Assembly (NCBI GenBank): GCA_001179505.1
Contig: CDMY01000336.1
Location: 1-64,000 of the forward strand
DNA: 64,000 nt
Source: Vitrella brassicaformis CCMP3155
Taxonomy: Eukaryota; Protista; Chromerida
Reading direction: 5' to 3'
Part shown: piece after piece, positions 53,199 to 64,000 of the stretch
Numbering within the stretch: position 1 is the stretch's first letter
Layout: every line of letters starts with the position of its first letter
Notes under the pieces: generated by a model
What the model saw: only the letters and a program-made list of their open reading frames with translations
Told to the model about the DNA's origin: nothing
Database searches by the model: none
Translations under genes and position numbers: made by a program

Positions 53199-53319
53199 GA
53201 CCTCAAATTCTGGAATGAAAGCTCGCAAATGTGATCGGCGAACGGAGGCAAGCCAAATCGCGTGTTCGTGGGCTCACGGGAAGGAGCGGAGGGTGCTTTG
53301 CAGTGATCTCGTTGTCGCC
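53199..53319. promoter_or_regulatory. Putative bidirectional promoter ING/PH protein
   Basis: ~120 bp head-to-head gap with AAGCTCGCA at 53219. Confidence 0.5.
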
Positions 53320-56157
53320 ATGTCGAGTTCGGATCAAGGGGAGAGCTGGGCCAATTTTGGTGAGTGCAGCAGGGAAGCAGAGAGGCCGTGACTTACGTGA
53401 CGGGACAGTCTTGCATGCACAAGGAAGAGGCAGGCAGATCTATATGCCTCCCGCACCCCTCCTCCCTACACGTCGTCTCCCTTCGCTTGCCCTGCTTCTC
53501 TGATGACAGATGCCTGGAATGAGTTTCAGTCTGCACCAGACTCAGCTGCTGCAGCCAAACCGGCAACTGATGACCAAAGCTGTAAGCACAGCACGATATT
53601 GCCGCAGACCAGTTTGGTTCCTTCTCTCTCTCATCGTTTTCTCTAATGTGCGCACACAGGGCCGCAGACGACCTCGCGAGAGGTGGCGAGACAGCCAACA
53701 GTGGACACTGTCCCGTCGCAGAGCGACGACCCATTCAAGCAGCCCGCGAGCGAAACCATTGAGCCATTCGCTGACAGGGAGGAGCATCCGAAAGGGGAGG
53801 GTTCAGGGGACGAGGGCGAGGCGCCTCCGAGCGGCCTGCTGGGTGACTTCGAGAGGGCATGGAGGCCGGAGCAGACGCGGATTGACAAGTTCTCGGGCCT
53901 CATTGTCTTCTCAGACAACGAACTGGGTCGGCCAGCAAGAGAGGTGTCAGTATCACATTTCATTCACTCACTCGCCGTCATGTACATGTGATGGCGCGTG
54001 TGCATGTGCATGCGCAGACGTGCTCGGAGGCAAGAAGGGTGAAGGTGGTTCCCAGGAGGCAGTACCTCCTTCCACAGCCTCTGCGCCCCCGTCGCGGCCG
54101 CCCCCTCCCCCTGCGACCACTCAAGGCTTCTCGCTGCGCAACGCCCTCGTCAACGACGCCGCCTCGCCGAGTGCGCCGCTCGTCGAGACTGAGGATGACA
54201 ACCCATGCGCTGAGATACTCAAAGACGAGGAGCCGCAGAAGGTGGGCAAAAGGGGGGCTGCGAGGATGAATGCGCTGGTGGATGGATGGATGTGAGGATG
54301 GTGGTCCGCCTTATTGTGGTGTGCGATGTGTGTGTAGGACTGGCGTGCGTCTCATGTGGGTGAGGACGGCATGTGTCGGCCGGCCGCTGCAGTGGACCCC
54401 AACGACCTCGAGGAGCACCAAAAGAAGACCATTTTCGTCATACACAAGGTATGTCAAACCGAACCCATAGCGCTCACCCAAGAGTCATGGAGAGTGAATG
54501 TCTGTCTGTGTGTCTGCGCGTTTACTTGTGTGTAGGGGGAGGAGACGCCCGTGAGCTGGTTCACCGACACGCCCCTGACCGACGTCAAGGAGGCCATTCT
54601 CTGCGCGTGTGACGCCATGATGGATGCGGGTCGGTCCGCAACACAACACAACACCACACACCTCATCGATTGACCCACACACACGCACGCACGACTCATT
54701 CACCATTGGTGCGGTGCAGGGTTCGTTTTGCGAGAGGTGCTGGGTACCAAAGAAGACGCGCCAGACGATGGTTCGCCCAGGAGGTCGCCGTACGTGTTGG
54801 GTGAGGATGCGTACCACTTTGAGGAGTTCGACCGGCTGGTGGACGGCAAGGTGTACCTGCTGGTGGAGGGGGAGGAGAGGAAAGACCTAGACAACATCAC
54901 CGGTAAGTCCAGAAAGGGAGGCAGGCAGTGTGCGCACGGTGACGTATGTGTTTCTCCCGTTGTGTGGTGTGTATGCAGGTGACCGCTGGCGTCGTTTGAA
55001 GGTGACGATCGAGCCAGTGCTGCACGTGGAGTCGCAAAAGGCCATCGACAGGATGAAAAGAGGTCGGTCAGTCCAGTCAGGGACGGCACAGCACACAGGC
55101 AGACCAGAGCACAGACAGAACAGATGTGTGGACACCATCTCTGTCTCACTCTCTCTCTAATAATATACACCTATCGACCGATCAGGGACGAATCTGCTGA
55201 AGCACACGCGCTACGGCTACCCGCACTTGCGTCAGTTCCAGCTCAGCAACGACATGAACAGACTGCACTGGTACTCGGGCGCCAAATCCAAGGCTGAGTC
55301 ACTCGGTGAGTGGCGGGGCCTTGGTCAGGGACAGGGCACGATTGGCGCCACTCTGGTTTGGTGCTGCACATCACATCACATCACATTGGCTGGCTGGGTG
55401 TCGCTGGTGCGCTGTGTATGTGCTATGTGCGTATCTATCAGTCACCATCGACGACATCAAGGAGCTGCGTCTGGGTCAGACGACGCAGACCTTCCTGCAC
55501 TACAAGCTGCCCCTACTCGAACACCTCTCATTCTCGGTCGGTCGGTGGGCCGGGCCGGACACCATGCATGGACGGCACCACAGCACGACGGCCGACACAC
55601 AGTCTGTGTGTGTGTGTGTATGTGTGTGTGGTGACTGGACGCCTGTATGGTGTGCAGGTAATGTACGGCCCACAGGCGTCCAAGACACTGGATCTGACGT
55701 GCAAGGACGAATTTGAGTTCGACCACTGGGTCACGGGACTCAAGGTACACACACACACTAACACTAACACACAGACAGACAGACAGACAGACACACAGAC
55801 AGACAGAGGCACAGACAGGGAGACAGACGCGGCATCCATCCATTCATCCATCCATCCATCCCGTTCATCCGCCAGGCGCTGATGTATCGCGCCAAGGGGA
55901 AGGAGATATCCAAGGAGCAGCTGCTGCAGCACTCGAGACGATTCAGGTGCGGCACAGCCTTGCATATACACGCCGTGTCGGCCAGCCATCATCCATGTGG
56001 ATGTGTGTGTGTAAATGTGTGTGCAGGCGTGCGTTAGAGAAGAACGAGGTCAGCATCAAACTCTCACAGCTGCCCGAAGTCAAGGAAAGGGTAAGTGGGT
56101 GGACTATCACACATCGCATCATAATACATCATCGGGGATAGATAAAGCCTGTACCTT

Positions 56158-56195
<38 letters not shown>

Positions 56196-57691
56196 CGTGT
56201 GTGTGTGTGTGTAGGGCCAGCTGACGCTTGACGAGTGCATCGAGATCGCATCCAACACACCTGACCAGCTCGAAAAGTACACATACGGCTGCCTGCATCC
56301 ATGCCATGACTGATATGACTGACACCCTTGTTGAGTTGACGAATGTGTGTGTCCGTGTGAACGTCAGGAAACTGGATCGCCTGTCTGACCGTCTGAAGAT
56401 CGTGCAAGGGCAGATATGCCGCATCGACCGCCACAGCGCCGGGCAGCCTGAGCTGGACATTTCCGTACTCGCCGGCGTGGTGCGCACGACACACACACAC
56501 ACGCACACACAGACACACAGCCACACACAACCAAGACACACATGCCCACCCATTCTTCATTTATCCGTCGTGTCGTCCGTGTGTGTGTCACTCACTCACT
56601 CACTCACTAATACGTGTACGTGTGTAGGGTCCTGCGTATGCGAGTGTGTACGAGGATGTGTCAGCGATGGAGGATGAGGAGATGGAGTCCTTCAGGATGA
56701 CGCAGCTCGCCGATGAGGTCACCAAACTGCTGCAGCAGGCGAGAAACGACCTCGTCGGTACGTTACCTTACCACTCACAAACACCACACCACACCAGACC
56801 AATCCAGACGAGGCAAATGTTTCTGTCCTCCTATCGGGTTTATGGTTCGTGAAGCGTTGCGAACGGCCAATGGCGGTGGCAACGGTGCCCCCCCTGCACA
56901 GCACCAGAGGGTGGGTGGAAGAGGCAAGCAGGACACAACCCAGTGGAGCATCTGCTCACGTTTGTGCGTTTGTGCACATGGTGCGTCAGGCCAATGAGAC
57001 CGACGCACTCACGGCCAACACAGATGGGGTAGGCTAGGCACCACTCCGTCAGCCAACCGACACCAACACCCACACACACACACACATTCACCCGTGCCCA
57101 TCGGCTGTGGTGTAGGATGAGGAGAGTGTGGGTGTTGGTTCGTCCCGCCCCTCGAGCAGCAGCGTCGACGGCCCCTCGTCGCCCACACGCCGGTCCGGCA
57201 GCAGCAGCGGCGTCAGTGCCAGCACCAAGGCGGTGACCAAGGCCCTCGACCAGCTGCTGTGGAAGGCTGAAGTCGACCTCGAGAACGTCGAGGACATGTA
57301 CGCCAGGTAGGTGTGGTGTGCAACCAACGCGCCCGATCATTAAGGCTGAGAAGATATATGTGCAAGAATGAGCGTGTGGCTGGCTGGACGGCAGGTACAT
57401 TGACAACCAGGCGTCGTCTGCGCCGGTGTTCTACCGGTCCCTGGTGGAGCTGCAGTCCACCATGAACCAGGGCATGCAGAGACTCGGAGATGACGTAAGT
57501 CAGACACACGCTCAGCTCACGCAGAGAGAGAAACCGACACACGGCTGCCGTGATGTGATGTGATGCTTGTGATGATTGGTGTGGCTGTTTCCTTTCCCGT
57601 TGACTGACAGATATCGAATGCGTTGACCACCTGGTTCGGCAGCAAGCCACAGGAGCCCCCACCCGACCAGAACCTGCCGCGGGTGTATTGA
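53320..57691 (+). CDS. PH-domain (PLC/Mcp5-type PH) protein with C-terminal helical region
   Basis: MKRGTNLLKHTRYGYPHLRQFQLSNDMNRLHWYSG...IDDIKELRLGQTT...SFS...TLDLTCKDEFEFDHWVTGLK; many consistent-phase introns. Confidence 0.8.
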
Positions 57692-58740
57692 TTATCTATC
57701 AATGGCTTGAGTCAGTGGATGGATGGCGCATCGCACGGCACGGCACGCTGTATCTTTCGCACCAACCCGCAGCCCTTTACTTATTTTCGTGCGTCTGTCT
57801 GTCGGTAATTTGCCAGCAAAGCTCATGTCTGCTGCCTTAGTTGCCGTCCGGCAGTTACTTTTGGTGTCGCGGATGGATGGAGTTCTTTTATGGCGTCCCT
57901 TTGGCTGGCTAAGTGCTGTAATGTGTTGTCTGTCTTGATCACATTCTTCATACCGTGCGGTGCGGTGCCGCCAGATGAGATGCAGCTCAGCTGAGAGAGT
58001 GAGGGTGAGAGAAAGTGCTCTGTCTGTCTGCCAGACAGAGACTAGACAGCCTGGGTCCGGCGGGTGGCCGGGCGCGGTGCACGTCACGTGGAACAAAGGA
58101 GGACCTTTCATGACCGACCAACAGTCATTTGTGTCCGTCCGGTGTTGTTGCAGTCAGTGTGTCCACGGCTACAGCCTGCACGACAAGGGAAGGAGTCGCA
58201 GCAAAACGCTGACCTGACTGACATACCCGACTCGACTCACTCACTCTTCGTGCGTCTGCCTGCGACCATGTCATGTGATGGGCTCTGTGTCGTGTCGTCT
58301 CCCACACATAAATCGACAACGACTCGGCTCGTTCATCGATTTATGTGCCGGAGAGGAGACGTACAGAAGTAATCACACGATGTGTCCTGGCTGAGACGAT
58401 GCAATGCAATGCCCCTTGCTACCGCAAACAAAAGAGCTCCACTGTTCGTGCGGGATCTGCCTCTGTCGCTGACTGCCCTGGCCGGTGCCGCATCTCAACC
58501 TGGCAGAGTGGGATGTGACGACGTTCAGAGCAGCCACTCGAAGGCCTATCTATACCGACATCGAACGAAAGAAGCCCACACCGGTCGGTCGACAGAGAGA
58601 TAAACGGATGGACCAACACAACACATGCTTACCGAAAATGCGAAACTGTACACTCACTCACTGACTGCACAACCCTTGGCACATGACATGCAACGCAACT
58701 CCACCTGGGCTCGGCCAGCTCAGTTACGTCACTCAGTCAG

Positions 58741-59940
58741 TCAGTCAGGCGTTGCTCTTGATTCCTGCAGAGGCAGGCAGCTGATGACCCTCGCCGCCAC
58801 ATCTTCCGGCGGCGGAAGCGCACCCGTACCTACACACACCACACCACCACCCATACCACAATACACACACACATTAGCAGGGAGGTGCACACACAATCCG
58901 CGGCCATTCCTTCCTTGTGTGTGTGAGATTGTGATTGTGAGTCGTTGGTTGTCAGGTCAGTGAGCGTCACGTCACATCACAGACTTACCGACATCGCCGC
59001 ACGCGAGTGCCTTTGAGACGGGTGGTATGACCTGAACACCGAGGTCCCGCAGGTGGGTGATGTGCCGCTCGGTGAAGGGATGCTCCCACATCAACGTGTT
59101 CATTGCTGGAAACACCTGAGGGATGTGCACACACCACACAGACAAGACAAACAGACGCATCCATCGCATCAACGATGTAGGCGATGCCGGGATAGAGCAT
59201 GGTGGAGGGATCATCGTGATTGATTGACTGACCAAGAAGGGCCGCTTGGGGTCCCACGCTCGCGCGACACACGTCTAAAGGCACACACAGACAGTCCCAG
59301 AGAAGCCAATGAATCCGGCACCCTCGTGTGTGTGTGTGTTGCAGGGCGTCCAATGCAGTGCTCACGATGAGGTTGTCGCAAAGTCCATTGGCGAGTTTGG
59401 CGAGCGTGTTGGCGCTGAGGGGAGCTATCACAAACACATCTGCCCAACGACGGAGCTGCACCCATACAGACAGACAGCCAGAGAGCACACAGCCACACAG
59501 AGATAAAAACTGTGTCTGTCCATGTGTGCAGGTGTGTGTGTGTGTGTGTGTGTGTGAGTCCCGGCAGCCGACCTCGATGTGCAGGACGGGGTCTCCCTTG
59601 GCCGACCAGCTGCTCCACTCGTCCGCGTCTGTCATGAACGACGAGTCACGCCACTCGTCCTTCACAAAATGAAGCGCACACCTCGACGCAACCGTCCTCA
59701 CCTACACACACGACACCAAAACAGGCAGGCCCAAACACAACCATCAGCTTGATCAGAATGCATGCCGCTGCAGTGTTTCGCCACCAGCGTGTCGGTTACC
59801 TCAATTCCCCTGGGCAGCTTGCCTTTGGCCTGGAGGTGCAGCTGATCTATGACCTCCTTGAGCTTGATGGTGGCCACGCTGCCCGTCACAGCAAGCAGCA
59901 CATGATGCGGACGGCCCTCTGCTGCTCCTGCTTCGCTCAT
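58741..59940 (-). CDS. PPCDC: Phosphopantothenoylcysteine decarboxylase (HAL3/HFCD flavoprotein)
   Basis: HVLLAVTGSVATIK, DADEWSSW..KGDPVLHIELRRWAD, APLSANTLAKLANGLCDNL, PAMNTLMWEHP, LACGDVG (catalytic Cys present). Confidence 0.95.
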
Positions 59941-60308
59941 GAGTCATGACATCGATGAAAAACCACGGCAGATCTCTTCGTCAAATGTCCTGGTTTCCGC
60001 AGAAGGGTTTAGGGCTTAGGGTCTGGGCTTAATTGCGAGCTTGTTGCCGATCGCGGGTTTTGGTTGACTTCCCCCGGGCGAGGGCCGCCAGGGAGTAGTC
60101 AAGAGGCAGCGCTGTCCGCTGGCATCGTGGCGGATGTGCTCGATAAGATATAGCAGGCCTTTCAATCGCACCAACAACCTTACCTTTTGACGTCACTGGC
60201 TGACACGAGCAGCAGGGAGCGGACAGAGAGCGGCATCAGCACCGCAAGCGGCATCCCACAGTAGGCCAGCAATCGGCAGTTTTGGTGCAGTGCTGTTGGT
60301 CGTTTAAA
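59941..60308. promoter_or_regulatory. Putative bidirectional promoter PPCDC/myosin
   Basis: ~370 bp head-to-head gap with TGCGAGCTT at 60034 and degenerate telomere-like GGGTTTAGGGCTTAGGG at ~60005. Confidence 0.5.
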
Positions 60309-63300
60309 ATGGTGCGGTACGCCGAGGGTACGCTGGTATGGATCCCGGACAAGGAGAGCGTGTGGCAGAAGGGGGAGATCGTGGAGATCGGCAGCAACAG
60401 CATCAAGATCCGCACCGAGGACGAGACCACGGTGGCGCTGCCCATCGGCAAGCCCGTCCACCTCCGCAACGATGAGCTGTTCTCGAGCGAAGGGCTGGTG
60501 GGTCTGGACGACCTCACCCAGCTGATGCACCTGCACGAGGCGGCGGTGCTGCACTCACTCAACGTGCGCTTCGACATCGACAAGATCTACACCTTCACCG
60601 GACCCATACTCATCGCCGTCAACCCTTTCAAGTACATCACTGGCATGTACGAATTCCAGGTAACTAACTAGACAACAAAACACCCAACCGCACGACAACA
60701 CGACAACACGACACACACACATACACATACACATACGCGAGGGAGGGAGGGAGGGAGGGAGGCAGACCACGTGTTTGTGTGTGCGCTTGTTCACCCATCC
60801 ATCCATGTGTCTGTCTGTCGCCTGGGTGATCATATAAGACGCTGAAGCGTTACACAGCCGTGAAGCCGTCGAGGGCTCCCCACGTGTTTGCGACGGCCAA
60901 CGCGGCGTACCGTGGCATCTGCGAGCGCAAGAGGAGTCAGACCATCCTCATCAGCGGCGAGTCTGGCGCCGGCAAGACCGAGTCCACCAAACACGTCATG
61001 AAGTTCCTCGCACTCGCAGCCTCGCCAGAGGAGAGCAGGCGCTCAAAGGTCGAGAAGCAGGTCCTCGAGTCCAACCCACTCCTCGAGGCCTTCGGCAACG
61101 CACGGTAGGTAGCTGGGGTGGTCCACGCACAACCACACCATACAATCGCATCACACAAGACGAAGGACCATTCTGCCTCATTCCATGTGTGTGTGTGTGT
61201 GTGTGTGTGGTGTGCCATCAGGACGTTGCGCAATGACAACTCGAGTCGGTTTGGCAAGTTCATCGAGCTGCAGTTCAAGCTCGAGCGCGACAGGGAGCGG
61301 GGCGGCGAGTTGGGCAGGGTGTGCGGGGCGCGCATCCACACCTACCTACTGGAGAAGGTGCGGGTGTGCGACCAGCAGGAGGGCGAGCGCAACTTCCACA
61401 TCTTCTACCAGCTGTGCGCCGCGGCGTCGCGCGGCTGTGACGACAACGGCACCTACCACTTCCCGCAATACATCAAGGCAAGCCACGGTCACCGCACGGA
61501 AGGAGAAACACGCGCACCATCAGACAAGACAGACAACCTTTACACGCTCTTTCTTTCTGTCTGTCTGTGTGGGCGGTGCGGGGCGGTGATGTGTGTGTTG
61601 TGGTGTGCAGGAGGATGACGTGCGTCCCGAGGCGCTGGACCTGCGTGCGTTTGCGTCCCACGACCAGTTCATGTACCTCACGCGGTCCTCGTGCTTCGAG
61701 CTGGACAACGTCGACGACGTCGAGCAGTTCGAACGCACCGTATACGCCATGCAGGTCAGTGACACAACACACACACACACACACAGTGTGTTGTGCTTGA
61801 TGAATGTGTGTGTGATGCCACCCACCAGACTGTGGGCATAGACGTGGAGGACCAGATGAACATCTTCCGTGTGGTGGGGGCGGTCCTGTACCTGGGCAAC
61901 ATATACTTCAGACACCCACAGGACAACTCTGAAGGCGCTGAGGTGCGTGGAAACGTCAGTCACGGCAAACAAACATCATATATGGCACAGCAGATATATA
62001 TGTGGGTGTATGTGTGTGTTCAGGTGGCCCCCGGCGCTCAGGACGCCATGCGTCGTGCGTGCGAGCTGCTGGGCGTGCAGCCCGCCGCACTCGAGGAGAC
62101 CCTCTGCTACAGACTCATCAGAACCAAAACCGAGAACTACATGTCAGTCAGTAGACAGACAGACAGACAACACAGAAGGAGGGGAAATGAGAGAGCAGGG
62201 CGTCGACTCACATCCATTTGTGTGTGTGCAGGAAGCCGTTGAACATCCACGAGGCCGAGGACGCCCGTGACGCGTTGGCTCGGGCGTTGTACGGTTCGCT
62301 GTTCCTGCGGATCGTCCACCGCACCAACATCTCCATCGGCTACAACGACTCGGTCAAACTCATGTAAGCTCGGCCGACCATCAAAACACACACGCGCACA
62401 CGCAGACGAGGACGGGGCGGGGCAGGGCAGGGCGGGAATCACTCTCTCTGTCTGTGTGTGTATGTCTCTTGTGTGTGCAGGTGCGGCGTGTTGGACATCT
62501 TTGGGTTTGAGTGTTTCAAGCTCAACTCGTTCGAGCAGATCTGCATCAACTTCACAAACGAACGGTGTGCACACTGCACCCACCCCCATCCATCCATTCA
62601 TCCATCCCCACGTGTCAATCAATGTGCTGGCTGCCGTCTGTCTTTGCCTGCCATGGATGGATGGTATGTGTGGCTTTGCCTGCAGTCTTCAGCATTTCTT
62701 CAACACGTTCGTGTTCAAGTGCGAGGAGGAGCTCTACCGCAAGGAGAACATCCCATGGGACCCGCTGGACTTCCCCGACAACCAGGACTGCGTCGACACG
62801 CTGCAGGAAAGACGGACGGTACGTGTCGTACGGTCAGCCACACAGCTCAGCTCAGCTACTCACTCACTCACCGAACGACAAACCAACATGGAGACGAGAT
62901 GCACGTCACATGCAAATGTGTTTGTGTGTGTTGTGTGTGGATCCTGACAGGGTATCTTCTCGATGCTGGACGAGGAGTGCATGGTGCCTCAGGGGTCAGA
63001 CAGGGGCTTCTGCAACAAAATCATCAAACAACACGCAAGTGAGTCGAGTCGAGCCGCTCACACAGCACACACACACACACACTCTCTCTCTCTCCCTGCG
63101 TCCACTCCACTCATTTTTCCATCAGAGAACCCGCGATTCGGCATCATCAAGACGGAGCCCTCGTGGTTCACGGTCAACCACTTCGCCGGCCCCGTGCACT
63201 ACTGCAGCGACAGCTTCCTCGACAAGAACAAGGACCACCTCTCAACCGACGTCCAGGAGTGCATCAAGACCTCCAACAACCCATTCGTCGCCTCACTGTT

Positions 63301-64000
63301 CAGGTAACCAACAGAACTGACAGACGGAGGGAGGGAGAGAGGGAGAGGGACACACCATACCATCGTCGCGTTCATTCGATGGGTGGACGTATGTCTGTCT
63401 GTCAGGGAGCACCTGCATCGGGGGGAGGTCGACGAGGGCTCCTCGTCGTCCAGCGGCAGGGGGGCACCCGAACCGGCAAAAAAGTGAGACGACGAAGCAA
63501 TAGAGAGGGAGAGAGGGAGGGACATACGCGCACCGCATCGCAGCACACATCAATGGGCTCGTGTGGATGGATGTGATATGTATGGTGTGCAGGCGTGGCA
63601 TCAAGCGTCCGGTGACAGTGTCGTCGGAGTTCCGCGATCAGCTCAACGACCTCATGAACAAGATCGACACCACCGAGCCGCACTTCATCAGGTGGGCACT
63701 GCACTGCACCAAACCCACCTCACCTGAATGCCGTGGGGGGACCCATACGAAGGAATGGTGTGAACCTCTGATCTCTCTGCTGTTGGCCGTGTGGTGCAGG
63801 TGCATCAAGCCGAACCCCCAGAATGCGCCCGACGACTTCCACAGGCTCAGCGTCACGGAGCAGCTCAGGTGAGGGAGGTGCCACTGACCGACTGACACGG
63901 ACAGACAGACAGGGACAGTGGGACTGGAGGTGTGAGTGTGTGTGTGTGTGTGTGTGCAGGTACGGCGGCGTGTTGCAGGCGGTGCAGGTGAGCCGTGCGG
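60309..64000 (+). CDS. MyoF: Myosin heavy chain motor domain, most like alveolate myosin F (class XXII); truncated by the window end
   Basis: N-terminal SH3-like region, [24 protein letters not shown]-loop, [47 protein letters not shown]; myosin is certain, the class assignment rests on recalled similarity. Confidence 0.85.

Noticed and set aside
1-64000. CRISPR arrays, tRNA/rRNA, spliced-leader sequence, transposase or RT genes
   Set aside because: Repeats are simple microsatellites without unique spacers; no cloverleaf, rRNA, dinoflagellate SL, DDE or RT motif seen by eye (tRNAscan/Infernal not run)

Overview
Intron-dense, GC-rich eukaryotic genomic DNA whose introns are full of microsatellites, with three 300-N scaffold gaps. 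Gene content (myosin F-like, CDPK7-like, heptatricopeptide-repeat-like protein, an intronless F-box-like orphan) points to a myzozoan alveolate, most likely the chromerid Vitrella brassicaformis; this is inference, no database was searched. About 19 loci were resolved by manual splicing. The first ~14 kb holds orphan or damaged genes: two hypothetical genes, a cadherin/Ig-like pseudogene with several lesions, and an atypical kinase with a 1-nt frameshift. The remainder holds RPB7, a Tas-like aldo-keto reductase lacking its catalytic residues, a NUDT9-like Nudix hydrolase, an AT-hook protein, enoyl-CoA hydratase 2, an HPR/OPR-like protein, FAM192A/NIP30-like, WBP4, CDPK7-like, a 4-copy tandem array of a small possibly RRM-like gene, an ING PHD protein, a PH-domain protein, PPC decarboxylase and a myosin that runs off the window. 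Most interesting signals: (1) many introns have AC-rich repeats near the donor and complementary GU-rich repeats near the acceptor, on both strands; (2) six short head-to-head intergenic gaps each carry a GCGAGCT/AGCTCGC motif; (3) the tandem array shows a frameshift followed by a compensating deletion; (4) the AKR looks like an organelle-targeted pseudoenzyme. Spans of spliced genes are hand-derived and approximate.
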